DNA of 64,000 nucleotides from a virus (Duplodnaviria > Heunggongvirae > Uroviricota > Caudoviricetes), in IMG/VR virus record IMGVR_UViG_3300028584_000450, positions 95,394 to 159,393 of that record. One strand, 5' to 3'. Under the pieces are notes generated by a model, which saw only the letters and a program-made list of their open reading frames with translations, was not told the origin of the DNA and did no database searches. Below, piece after piece: positions 39,276-49,455 of this stretch. The translations under genes and the position numbers were made by a program. Each line of letters starts with the position of its first letter. Position 1 is the stretch's first letter.

Positions 39276-42026
39276 TTATAATTCAACTCTAGTTCCATCT
39301 GGTACTGCTGGTTGCGGTACATAATCTTCAGATGGAGGAAGCTCCTGTGTTTGAAATATTGGTTCTTGTTGTATAATAGTTGGTGGAAGTTCTTGTGTTT
39401 GAAATATTGGTGTAGTTGGAATTAATTGAGGTTCTACAATTGGAATAGTAGATGTTACTCCTGGTATTCCAGCTCTAACTAATTCTATTGGAACTTCAAT
39501 TTCAAGATCTGGATCGGAATCAACTTCAACATCTGAAGCATCTGAATGAACTATTGCAGGATTATTTTTAAATAATGCAACATTAATTCGTTGAGTTACC
39601 GAATATTGAACTGCAAGATCAAACCAATAGTGAAATTCTGGTTCGTCTCGATATTTTATGAAAATATTCCGTTCCATAAATTTTGGACTTTTCCAAAGAA
39701 CAGCCTTTGTTTCCGGATCATATACGGTCAATACTTTAGAATTACCAGACGTAGATACGCATAATGGATAAACTAATTTCTTTTCATCTTTCCAATACTT
39801 TTTTTCAGTTCTAGTTAATTCTCGTAGAAAATAGTATTCACTATATAATGGAATTACACCCCAGTTTTTATCAAATACTAATGGTATACTATATTGTGAT
39901 GGTGCTAATTTATTCTTTTCTGTATATACGTTAAGTACCCAACCATCTATTCCAAGGGGATCACTTGGTTTTAATTGAGTACTTTTCGATAAAAATAACC
40001 ATTGTCTTAAATTATGTTGAAGTGCAGATACTGCAGTTGCAGCTTTAAAATTACCAAAATCACCTACAGTTTTCTCATTTGTTGAAGTTTGAAACCTAGT
40101 TTCAATTTTCATATTTGCTCGAACTTGGTCGATAGTGATAAGAGTGACCCGTTGCATTGATATTATTTGTTTTAATTTTGATAAATTTAAAGTTAACTCA
40201 CGGGCTTTAACGTTATATTCAAGAAAGATCGTAACTCTTTCTTCGGGAATTATCCCTGCTATATATTTCTATATAGACTAGACTATATCTTTATCCAGAT
40301 AGGTTCCATGCGGTACAATAATATAATCACCTGCTAAATGATTATCTGTACGTAAACATCGTTGTATTATAAATTTACCAAGTCCTAATTTAGCATTTAT
40401 TAGTTTTGTAATTGTGGGAAATGTATTAATAAATTGTTTAGTTTTAGAATCATATAAATCTATTGCTCTCCATCCACGGTTATCGAGTCGACGCAATTTA
40501 ACATCATCTCCATGATATGCAAAAATATAACCTTGACATGTTAGTTGATCTTGAGTACAACACCCAACTATAGTCGCTAAACACACATTGACTGATTTTG
40601 CAGCATTTTTTACAGATTCAAAGGTTTTAATGAATGTTCCATCTAAAGAATACATATCAACCTTAACTTTATGTTCATCTATAAATGCATTAGGTTTGGT
40701 ATTATGAAGACAAAAAATATACCCACCTATGCTTTTCATTTTACCATTAACTACAGACCAAATATTTGTAGAATGGACATTTAATTCTCTGGAAGCTGAT
40801 TCCATAGATTCATATGTATTAATAAATTGTAATTCTTTATTATACACATCAATTTTAATACCATATCTACTGCATCCTTCTCCACCTAAAGTAGAATTAT
40901 ATCCTTTACAATCTGAGAAACCAACATATGTTCTATATAATCCAATATAATCAGTTTCAACTTCAAGTAATTCACTTTCAGTAATTGGATAATTTGTATA
41001 ATCATCAACATGTTCAATCACAAATGCATCAGTTCCATATTTTCGAATAGCTCTATGAAAATAAAATTCATATCCTATAGAATTTTCATTATGGCTTTCA
41101 TTAATATGATGATTTAATCGATTGTTAATAGATGTAATTGTCTTTCCAATATATCGATTATTATTAATTGTATTTCTGATAATATAAATAAACATTAATT
41201 CTCCTAATATTGCTCTGGATACTTTGCGCTTCCATTTCACTTGAAATGTACTCCCTTCCGGGATAGTCGTTGAACCTTCCCCATATAAGTTAGCAGCTTA
41301 TTTCTAGGGGGTTGGCTGCTGATTTTCCAATTCAGATAATTTTTGACTCTCACGCTTGCCGTTTCCAGCTACGTTGTAGTTTATCTGACTCTAAGGACGT
41401 TCCAGCAATTCACAAAGTTTTCGACATATATTACTATATGAAGGGCCAAAAAACTAGCCTATTATCTCATTTGGGTCAGTTGCTGCGGCATCCTTACTAC
41501 TTGGAGTGGCTGCAATGGAGTCCCATATGATCATCATCTTAAATTCTCTTCCAGTTCGATTTTGAATATCAACTTTAACTTCAATGAGTTGAGTCATCAA
41601 TTCAAAAACTTCTTTAACATTCAATTCTAATGGCTTATTAAGAAATCTCTTAGGATCAATACCAAAATTAGCAATACGAGTAGTTATATCATGATATGCA
41701 ATGCTAGTATCAATCTCAACATTTGCCATTGTTGGATCACCACCAGAAGCTTCCTCAATATTAATATATACAACAACTGCAGATTCATGTGTTCTTAAAA
41801 ATGAAGCTGCAAATTGCAATGCTATTGTACTTTTTCCAGTTTCAGGTGTACTTGAAAGTGCAATTGGAGCACTAGATGAAAATCCACCTCCAAGAAGAGC
41901 ATCTAAAGTTCTTACACCAAAAGGAGTTATATATGGTGGAGGAGGAACTGCATGACCAAACTTAACAGTAATTAGTTTATCCATTGCAGTTTTAAGAATT
42001 TCAGAATGTGACATTGGGGTGGCCAT
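39276..42026 (-). CDS. recA: RecA/UvsX-like recombinase, two exons: join(41456..42026, 39276..40210), 501 aa spliced
   Basis: 'LDALLGGG', Walker A 'PETGKST', Walker B 'IIWDSIA'; splice gives NEIIG|FKARELTLNLSKLK...TIDQVR; 1506 nt in frame. Confidence 0.88.
40211..41455 (-). mobile_element. Group I intron in recA carrying a GIY-YIG endonuclease
   Basis: P1 GGCU/GGCC; GAATTGCTGGAA, AATCAGCAG, GTTCAACGACTA, AAGATATAGTCT; terminal G at 40211. Confidence 0.92.
40278..41195 (-). CDS. Intron-encoded GIY-YIG homing endonuclease with NUMOD1-like repeats
   Basis: 'FIYIIRN...RYIGKT', 'GYN.T.GG', three 'IDxY......INTFxS' repeats; AGGAG RBS before ATG 41195; stop codon lies in the intron S element. Confidence 0.88.
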   Translation of the reverse strand: MFIYIIRNTINNNRYIGKTITSINNRLNHHINESHNENSIGYEFYFHRAIRKYGTDAFVIEHVDDYTNYPITESELLEVETDYIGLYRTYVGFSDCKGYNSTLGGEGCSRYGIKIDVYNKELQFINTYESMESASRELNVHSTNIWSVVNGKMKSIGGYIFCLHNTKPNAFIDEHKVKVDMYSLDGTFIKTFESVKNAAKSVNVCLATIVGCCTQDQLTCQGYIFAYHGDDVKLRRLDNRGWRAIDLYDSKTKQFINTFPTITKLINAKLGLGKFIIQRCLRTDNHLAGDYIIVPHGTYLDKDIV

Positions 42027-42541
42027 TATTTTAAACTCCCTGTAGATTTCTTTGAATTTGATAAATTAGATAAATTATTAAGATTTGTTGAAGCGTTTGA
42101 TAAAGAAAATTTAAGAGATATATGTAAACCATCTGTGGGTAATTTAAGTCTAAGCAAAGTTGGTCGATCTGTAACTCTTTGAAATCCAACTGATTTTAAT
42201 AATGATTCTACATTTTCATCAATAACATGTAGAGAGATATATAAATGGGTTACATCTTTTAATACTGCATTTGAAAATAATTCTTTAAATAATTCTTGAA
42301 TATAGTCTGGAGATCTATACTTTTCAACTAATCCAAAATTAACTATACCATCTTTTGAATTAGATTTAACAAAACATTCAATAAATCCAACATCTCGATT
42401 ATGTAATGTTAGAATATATCTAAATTGCGAATTATCAAATGTATTTCTCGATCCTAATAAATCTTTAAATTTTCCTACAGCTACATAAAATCTCCGGACT
42501 TGGGATAATTCATTTCCGGATATATGAGTATTTGCATCCAT
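42026..42541 (-). CDS. GNAT-fold acetyltransferase-like protein
   Basis: 'VGFI...GLVEKYRS...ELF...VESLLKSVGF' pattern; stop overlaps recA start. Confidence 0.5.
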   Translation of the reverse strand: MDANTHISGNELSQVRRFYVAVGKFKDLLGSRNTFDNSQFRYILTLHNRDVGFIECFVKSNSKDGIVNFGLVEKYRSPDYIQELFKELFSNAVLKDVTHLYISLHVIDENVESLLKSVGFQRVTDRPTLLRLKLPTDGLHISLKFSLSNASTNLNNLSNLSNSKKSTGSLK

Positions 42542-42553
42542 ATGATAATTCTC

Positions 42554-43072
42554 CTAAAGTTTAAAATCTGGATCTTCATTTAATTGCATTATTGACTCTT
42601 TAACTTTATTGGATTGAATATCATTTTTCCCAATAACTTCAGTTAATTGATGTAACATTGTTGCTAAAGTTGCCGGGGTTAAGGTTTGTTTCGACATATC
42701 ATTTGTATCGACTCTATGAATATCAATTTCAGTTAATTTAGAAAGTTTTAATTTAAGATCATCTTGTTCTTTTCGGTATCTCTGTTTAAGATCCATACAT
42801 TTAATATATAAATCTTCATACCTAGCATTAATTTCCATACATGTATTCATAAGCTGATAATACTGTCCTTTTTTTCCTGCATTAGGATCCGATTTAATCA
42901 ACTGTTTGATATTATCAATTTGACTTGTTAAATTGATAATAAATTGTTGGATATGAGACATCCGATTATCTATATGTGTGATATCCCGTTCTAAATTAGT
43001 AAAATATGTAGAAAACTCATCTCTAATTTTATCTCGATGAGTTTTTTCTTCTTCAAATTTCTTTTCAGCCAT
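42554..43072 (-). CDS. Coiled-coil hypothetical protein
   Basis: GAGGAG RBS before ATG 43072. Confidence 0.65.
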   Translation of the reverse strand: MAEKKFEEEKTHRDKIRDEFSTYFTNLERDITHIDNRMSHIQQFIINLTSQIDNIKQLIKSDPNAGKKGQYYQLMNTCMEINARYEDLYIKCMDLKQRYRKEQDDLKLKLSKLTEIDIHRVDTNDMSKQTLTPATLATMLHQLTEVIGKNDIQSNKVKESIMQLNEDPDFKL

Positions 43073-44369
43073 TAGGAATCTCCTCGGAAGATAAGCCAAT
43101 ATCATTCAATACCAAATTAAGAAATTTTTGTAATTGATCGATAAAATTATCCCCATAAATACTAATTGAGGTTAATGTTGAAATATCATAATATTCTCCA
43201 GTGACTAATGAATTTACTAAATTTTCAGTAATGCGTTTTAATACTGGAATTATGACATCTTTATTGATTATATTTTTGAATCTATTATATAAGGTATCAT
43301 ATATAGCATTATTTAACTTAGCAACATCATTATCTTTAAATGATGACGTTTCAGAAATAACATGAATCGATTTCAATAATCTATACATCATAGGTAAATG
43401 ATTTTGGAGATATTTAGTGTCATAATAATTAGTATTAAAGTGAATAAGAGATACTCTATTATGTGCAATTTGATATGATTTATTTAGGGAGAATAAATAT
43501 AATCGTTGAACTTCATTAGGTACAATTATATTTCTGATCTTATTATATTGATCTGAAATATGTTGTACAGAATTAGATTCATTACACATCATTTTTAATT
43601 GAGCTAAATATATTGCTTCGACATAAATTTGGTATCTTTGAGATGGAAAATGTGTTATATCATTAAAGTTTAATAATTTATCTAATTTATCTTGAGTTTC
43701 ATCAGATGCTTTGGATTTTAAATAAAAATAAAACATTCGATAAATAACTGTAGAATATAATTGTTCTACATCTTGCAATTCAAGGGGATCAAACTGTAAT
43801 ATTATATTTCGAATAAATAGATAAAGAATATCATTTCTAATAATACTAGGATCAATCTGTTGCATTTCCATAATATATTCCATAATATCATGGCTTTTAG
43901 ATTCAATTTTTTCATATGTATTACGAATAGACCTATGAATTAATCGACGAGCATTAATAAGATGTTTAGCACATGCTGACATTAAATTAGGAATGAAAAT
44001 GTCTATAATAAATTTCTCAGGATCAATATGCAATGTTGACTTATTATATCTAATTAATAAAATACCCAACATATGTAATAGATACATTTGTTGAATTGCA
44101 TTATTATGTTTCAATACTTTAGGGCAACTGACTGTAAATAGTTGTTTAAAGAATTCAGGAAATGAATTATTAACTACAATTTTCTCTCCAATTGTTTTAT
44201 AATTCTTTTGAATTTTCAGTAATCTGTCTAATTCAATTCTAATAGTCTGATTAAAAATCTCATCAAATATTTCTAAGGATCTATCATCATAACTCTTACT
44301 TGAGAATGCTAATGCAATTTCACAAGATTCGACTTCAGGTATATTATTTATATAATCATTCAGATACAT
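43065..44369 (-). CDS. Hypothetical protein (434 aa)
   Basis: Long ORF. Confidence 0.7.
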   Translation of the reverse strand: MYLNDYINNIPEVESCEIALAFSSKSYDDRSLEIFDEIFNQTIRIELDRLLKIQKNYKTIGEKIVVNNSFPEFFKQLFTVSCPKVLKHNNAIQQMYLLHMLGILLIRYNKSTLHIDPEKFIIDIFIPNLMSACAKHLINARRLIHRSIRNTYEKIESKSHDIMEYIMEMQQIDPSIIRNDILYLFIRNIILQFDPLELQDVEQLYSTVIYRMFYFYLKSKASDETQDKLDKLLNFNDITHFPSQRYQIYVEAIYLAQLKMMCNESNSVQHISDQYNKIRNIIVPNEVQRLYLFSLNKSYQIAHNRVSLIHFNTNYYDTKYLQNHLPMMYRLLKSIHVISETSSFKDNDVAKLNNAIYDTLYNRFKNIINKDVIIPVLKRITENLVNSLVTGEYYDISTLTSISIYGDNFIDQLQKFLNLVLNDIGLSSEEIPNG

Positions 44370-44437
44370 CCAGACCCCTTATAAATTAATGTCCCCATAT
44401 TTCAGGGGACATTATTAAAAGAACAAATATATCACAC

Positions 44438-44836
44438 TTATTTAATATATGGTTCATCACCAAGGGAATTTTTAACATTTGTGCTTTTTATTACAGAACT
44501 ATCATTGGCTCTTTTTACAGCAGTCATTGCATGATCAAACATCTTACCAGCTCCAAGTTTAACAACAGGAGGAGTACCACCATTATCTGGATTAGGGTTA
44601 GAAGGGCTTGTATTTCCGAGAGGAAGTTTTTCATTAGCAAAACTGGATTGATCCGTCCCATATGTTTTTTCAACTTTCTGAGCAGAATTATATTCTACTC
44701 CACCAAGATCACCACGATGTCCATCTGATTTATCATATCCTGGCTCGCCAAATAATTTATCATTAAGCATATCACCACCACCAACCAACCCTTTTTGTTC
44801 TAAAATTGCATTTGTTACAAGATCATTGATGTCCAT
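44438..44836 (-). CDS. Hypothetical protein with MDINDLVTNAILE leader
   Basis: AAGGAG RBS before ATG 44836. Confidence 0.65.
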   Translation of the reverse strand: MDINDLVTNAILEQKGLVGGGDMLNDKLFGEPGYDKSDGHRGDLGGVEYNSAQKVEKTYGTDQSSFANEKLPLGNTSPSNPNPDNGGTPPVVKLGAGKMFDHAMTAVKRANDSSVIKSTNVKNSLGDEPYIK

Positions 44837-44875
44837 TATATATCTCCTTATATTTAACAACTAATTAAATTTTTA

Positions 44876-45097
44876 TTATAGAATTTCTTGAACTCGACCA
44901 ACTTGACCATCTGTTAATCTAACCTTAATTCCTCTAGTATGTTTTGGTGATTTTGTTAATAATTTATCAACAATCCCAATAACTCTCCGATCAGTACCTT
45001 GATCCTTTTTGAGAACGATTGAAACTTTAGCTCCTGGATAAATGTTTTTACCTCGGGTATGAGATTCTAAAACTAATTGATTTATATCCATATTCAT
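44876..45097 (-). CDS. YwbE-family protein with added MDINQLVLE leader
   Basis: 'PGAKVSIVLKKDQ...LLTKSPKHTRGIKVRLTDGQVGRVQEI'. Confidence 0.85.
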   Translation of the reverse strand: MNMDINQLVLESHTRGKNIYPGAKVSIVLKKDQGTDRRVIGIVDKLLTKSPKHTRGIKVRLTDGQVGRVQEIL

Positions 45098-45630
45098 TTC
45101 TCTTGTTTAGACCAATCATATTTCATAATTTTATATGATTCAGGACCAGTCAATCGTTTGTTGAACTTAGATCTATCAAGTTCTCTCCAAGAAAATCCTT
45201 GATCTCTAAGTTTTTGATATTTCAATGAATATTGTGCCATATTAGAATGGACTAAATTGACAATATCGATTATATTTTTATAAGGGCCACTTATCCCCTT
45301 ATACTTTTCAAACGAATGTTCAAAATAATTCCATCCACCATCAACTTTATATATAACAAATAAATGTGTTGATATCTTATATTGTTGGATATATATGAGT
45401 TTACATTTATACCCATGAGATGTAAGATGATCATATGCAAGAAGAGCTTGTTCATAACAAGTTCCAATTTTATATTTTTTGACATCTGGTGGCAATAATA
45501 ATCTATAATCTTCCCACCATGTATCAAATGTAAAATATTTCTTATATGATTTATCCATCCATCCATATTCAATACAATCCATCCAACGAAGCAATTCATT
45601 TGGAATTGTATTGTTATTAGTTATGGTCAT
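45094..45630 (-). CDS. Transglutaminase-like (papain-fold) protein
   Basis: 'GTCYEQ', 'THLFVIY', 'YFEHSF' Cys-His-Glu pattern. Confidence 0.65.
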   Translation of the reverse strand: MTITNNNTIPNELLRWMDCIEYGWMDKSYKKYFTFDTWWEDYRLLLPPDVKKYKIGTCYEQALLAYDHLTSHGYKCKLIYIQQYKISTHLFVIYKVDGGWNYFEHSFEKYKGISGPYKNIIDIVNLVHSNMAQYSLKYQKLRDQGFSWRELDRSKFNKRLTGPESYKIMKYDWSKQEK

Positions 45631-46295
45631 TTTAGTCCCTTACATTTAATTACAAAATCAGTATGCTTTGATGAACCACCATTATAAAGATCTTCAGTAT
45701 GAATATCAACTGTTATAAAATGTGGATCTAATAAATTATGTAAACTGGTTAATGAGTGGTAATTATTATGCATATCCAGATAATTTCCATGACTATAACA
45801 TGGAGTTTCTGCAATCAATATACAATCTGGATTTAATTTACATTTAAACTTATTAAAAAATTCACACAATTCAGCATTTGATACATGTTCAAGAACGTCA
45901 ATCATATATGCAATATCAAATCCAGTTTCTATAATTTGATCAATATCAGTTACTGCTAGTTCATATAATTGAATATTTAAATTCCCAATATGTTGTTTGG
46001 CAAATTTTAATGCAGATGGACTATAATCAATACCACAACATGACTTCGCTCCATTCTCATAACAGTATTTCAATACTTCTCCACGTCCAAATCCAATATC
46101 AATAATAGATTTATTTTTAAAATCTACTAAATTTGCAGATTCAAATTTTCTATGACCAACCCCACCTTGATTGAATTCTTTAGCTCCATCAACACCACCA
46201 ATTACTTTATTTGCATATTTTGAATATCCACCTAAATAGTAAACATCATCATATTGCCAAATAATGTCTTTTGAATTAATATCAACTTTTGTCAT
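45627..46295 (-). CDS. Class I SAM-dependent methyltransferase
   Basis: 'IIDIGFGRG', 'GIDYS', 'FDIAYMIDVLEHV'. Confidence 0.85.
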   Translation of the reverse strand: MTKVDINSKDIIWQYDDVYYLGGYSKYANKVIGGVDGAKEFNQGGVGHRKFESANLVDFKNKSIIDIGFGRGEVLKYCYENGAKSCCGIDYSPSALKFAKQHIGNLNIQLYELAVTDIDQIIETGFDIAYMIDVLEHVSNAELCEFFNKFKCKLNPDCILIAETPCYSHGNYLDMHNNYHSLTSLHNLLDPHFITVDIHTEDLYNGGSSKHTDFVIKCKGLK

Positions 46296-46313
46296 TTAAT
46301 TATCCTTTTAATA

Positions 46314-47018
46314 TCATCTCGCTAAATAGAAATCCAATAATGAAGATTTAAAATTACCATACATGTTAATTGCCCAAACTTTTTGCCACATTTTATTTGG
46401 AAGTTTAAAGTACCTAAGTATTGGTCCAATACAATTTCGTCCAATCATTTCATATAATTGTCCAGTATAAAGATCAATCTTTGAATCTCCAATAATTAAA
46501 ATATGTATTGCCTGATCCATATTAAATGGTTTCGATTCAAAAAATTTTAATGTCTTTTCATTAACTTTAATATTTCGATCATTAATTATGGTTTCCCAAT
46601 CATAAGTACTAAGTGGAAATGCCATATCTATTGGTCTAGTATTAAATACATAATATCGATCTCTAATAAATTCAACTACAAAATGCCAAGGTAAATACAT
46701 TTGAGATTTCGAACCGTATAATTCAGAATAATGCGATTGTACTTGAGGTAAATCAAATTTTGCAGTATCTACAATTGGCAATGGAATTGGAAATATTGGA
46801 TGATTGATTGTATCTGAAATAATTATACCTTTTGGTCTAGATTTTAATTTATTAACATCTGATTGAGAGTCTGTACTGATTAATTTAGATTGATATTGAC
46901 TTTTTATAGAAAGACTTTCATTAATCATCTCCTTTGTAGTTTTAATATCTATAATTCTTTGTCCCTCACTAAAAATCCCAAATAGATTATCATCTGACCA
47001 ATCAGTAGATATATACAT
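46314..47018 (-). CDS. Amidase_2-fold protein, apparently degenerate
   Basis: 'PKGIIISDT', 'PWHFVV', 'AIHILIIGD' echo the T7-lysozyme family, with the first His replaced. Confidence 0.45.
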   Translation of the reverse strand: MYISTDWSDDNLFGIFSEGQRIIDIKTTKEMINESLSIKSQYQSKLISTDSQSDVNKLKSRPKGIIISDTINHPIFPIPLPIVDTAKFDLPQVQSHYSELYGSKSQMYLPWHFVVEFIRDRYYVFNTRPIDMAFPLSTYDWETIINDRNIKVNEKTLKFFESKPFNMDQAIHILIIGDSKIDLYTGQLYEMIGRNCIGPILRYFKLPNKMWQKVWAINMYGNFKSSLLDFYLAR

Positions 47019-47032
47019 TATATATTAGACCT

Positions 47033-47575
47033 TTATTGTTTATCAAATGTAAATTTCATTACACTAAATAATGTAGTAATTATAATAAATAGAATTCCAA
47101 TAATCCAATAGAATTTATGTAATGTATCAATACCACTCCGAATTATTGGTATATCCGATTGTATTACTGGATTTATTTTATCAATTGCATCTTTAATGTG
47201 TTTAATATCAGTTACTGAATTCTGTATAATTTCAAGCCGTTCAGCTATATTTGGAATTTTATCACACAATGAAATGGCATCGTGGACCTTTCCTTTAGTT
47301 CGTATTAATAGATCTTCAAATTTCTCTAATTCTTTTAAAATTAATTTAATTTCAGAATCTTGCAATCTAGCACAAATTGAGTTGTTTTTAATTTCATCGA
47401 AACTATCTAAAGATTGACTTTTTAATACATCAATAGTCTGATCTGTCGTTATAGACGCATTGACTAATTCAGATATCACATCTTTAAGATCGGTTAATCC
47501 TAAAAATAATTTATCATCAGAATCTTTAATTTGTTCAATTAACAACAAAAATAATTTTTCTGTCAAATCAGACAT
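47033..47575 (-). CDS. Coiled-coil protein with C-terminal transmembrane anchor
   Basis: Heptad-rich; ends 'FYWIIGILFIIITTLFSVMKF'. Confidence 0.7.
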   Translation of the reverse strand: MSDLTEKLFLLLIEQIKDSDDKLFLGLTDLKDVISELVNASITTDQTIDVLKSQSLDSFDEIKNNSICARLQDSEIKLILKELEKFEDLLIRTKGKVHDAISLCDKIPNIAERLEIIQNSVTDIKHIKDAIDKINPVIQSDIPIIRSGIDTLHKFYWIIGILFIIITTLFSVMKFTFDKQ

Positions 47576-47585
47576 AATAAACTCC

Positions 47586-48284
47586 TTATCTTGTCCGTAT
47601 AGTTCTCACAATATCCCTTGCTGAAGATTGTACATCTTCTAAATTAATAGAAGTTTTTCTTTTTAGAGCCGCTAATGAATTGACTATACGGTTATATTTA
47701 TCTTCAGTAATGTCAGAATTATATAATTTTTCACATTTAAGGAGTTTTTTCGATATAATGCTAATTTGAGTTTTAAGTAAATTATTTGCAGATTGTAAAT
47801 CTTCAGTCTTCAATAATAAATCATTTCGATCAAGTGCATGTTTTGCTATTTGTTTTAATAATTGTGGATTACATTCTGCATCCAAATATATAAATTTAGA
47901 ATCGAGTTCTTCAGTTAAACCTGATGAATCTTTAGCATCAACTATGACTTTTAAACTCGATGATTGTAATTTATTAATATGATTATAGATTTCAATCATT
48001 GAAAATTGCCGAATATTTTCATAATTTATAGTTTTTAAAACTGTCAATTCATTAGGATTAGATACATTAACTTGTTTAGTTAATGTTGATTTAACTTTAA
48101 ATATTTTTGGGTTCAGGAATATCGTTGTGAATTTATTATTATAGTTCAATAATAACGAAGTTGCATTATCCAATGTTTTTGAAATTGATATCTTAAATCC
48201 TAATGGTTCTAATACTTTACGAATTTTTCCACAAACTAACATATCATCATTAATAATTAACATGTTATTAGAATGAATATCCAT
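47586..48284 (-). CDS. Pseudo-receiver (CheY-like) domain plus coiled coil
   Basis: 'MLIINDD...IRKVLEPLGFKI....TLDNA..LL......TTIFLN' (phospho-Asp replaced by Asn). Confidence 0.6.
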   Translation of the reverse strand: MDIHSNNMLIINDDMLVCGKIRKVLEPLGFKISISKTLDNATSLLLNYNNKFTTIFLNPKIFKVKSTLTKQVNVSNPNELTVLKTINYENIRQFSMIEIYNHINKLQSSSLKVIVDAKDSSGLTEELDSKFIYLDAECNPQLLKQIAKHALDRNDLLLKTEDLQSANNLLKTQISIISKKLLKCEKLYNSDITEDKYNRIVNSLAALKRKTSINLEDVQSSARDIVRTIRTR

Positions 48285-48351
48285 ATTATTCTCCCTGGTT
48301 CAATTCTAATAATATATTATGAAATGTAACAACGTATACATTTATAAAATA

Positions 48352-49452
48352 TTACATTTTCATTGAACGAATTAAACATCCATCCGCAACGGCATTAAGT
48401 TGGTCTTTAGCTGTACGAACTTCAGATATTGTGAATGGAAAATCATAATTATTAAGAATTTTAACAACGGCATCTGTGAAACCATCAGCTTTAGAAGTTC
48501 CACCAGATAGAACCATTGGAAGTTCAGATGGAAATTCAGATTCGATAGTATTTAATTGTCGAATGATACTATCTGTGGTGTATGATATTAAACTATTATA
48601 ATAATGGATAATTGGTTCTTGAATTCGCCAATTCTTCTTAGGTCCAGTTTTATAATCAGTCAATGTAAAGTTCTTGGATTCTTTAATCTGAGTAATTCGA
48701 TTAGGAACCATTCCAATCGCACTACTTGCCATTTGATCTATCCAATCTCCTCCACGTGTTAATGAAAAACTTAAAATTGGAATTGATCTGAATACTAGTG
48801 CAACATTTGTCATTCCAGCACCAAAAGAAATTCCAATACCAGAAAAATCAGAATCCCCACATTCAGAATATACAACTGCTACCGCTTCATTAATTGGTTT
48901 TGCAATATATCCTAATTGTGTAATTATCCGACCAAATACTCTCTCATGATAAAGAACATCAGTTTCAGAATCAATTGGATTTGCTGGAATTGAATAATAA
49001 CAAATACTTCCAGGTGTACCTTCTCCAATCAACTCTTTAACCAATACAGTTAAAATATCAATTGAATCAATTTCAGAACTACTAATCATTCCTTTATACA
49101 TTGGACGACTTACTGGTAAATTAAACATATTTGCAATTATATATGCATCTTCAGAAAGAAAATAAACAGAATCATCAAATTTAACATGAGACATTCGAGA
49201 TAAATCTAAAGAATCAACATCACCCTTATCTGTTTTCAAAAATACATTTCTAAGACCTTTAGTTGTAATATCTCCATTAACCATTTTACTTGCAATTAAA
49301 TTCATTGTACCAACATCTAAACCACAATGAATAGTCTTAATTATAGGCTTATCATTTTTAACCCCCACATTATTCTGATTAATTTTGTCACTTTCTTTAT
49401 TAAGAGAATTCATGGAGTCCGCTGCTGTATTAATTTCGCTTTCAGTATCCAT
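48352..49452 (-). CDS. Actin-like ATPase (MreB/MamK/ParM superfamily)
   Basis: 'GLDVGTMN', 'PINEAVAVVY', 'ISFGAGMTN', 'VLSGGTS', 'NAVADG' actin-fold motifs. Confidence 0.85.
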   Translation of the reverse strand: MDTESEINTAADSMNSLNKESDKINQNNVGVKNDKPIIKTIHCGLDVGTMNLIASKMVNGDITTKGLRNVFLKTDKGDVDSLDLSRMSHVKFDDSVYFLSEDAYIIANMFNLPVSRPMYKGMISSSEIDSIDILTVLVKELIGEGTPGSICYYSIPANPIDSETDVLYHERVFGRIITQLGYIAKPINEAVAVVYSECGDSDFSGIGISFGAGMTNVALVFRSIPILSFSLTRGGDWIDQMASSAIGMVPNRITQIKESKNFTLTDYKTGPKKNWRIQEPIIHYYNSLISYTTDSIIRQLNTIESEFPSELPMVLSGGTSKADGFTDAVVKILNNYDFPFTISEVRTAKDQLNAVADGCLIRSMKM

Positions 49453-49455
49453 AAC

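Noticed and set aside
9915-42026. Stop-codon reassignment or inteins as the cause of fragmented dnaB, terL and recA
   Set aside because: Other genes read long in the standard code; the gaps are non-coding, contain group I cores, and excise to restore frame and motifs
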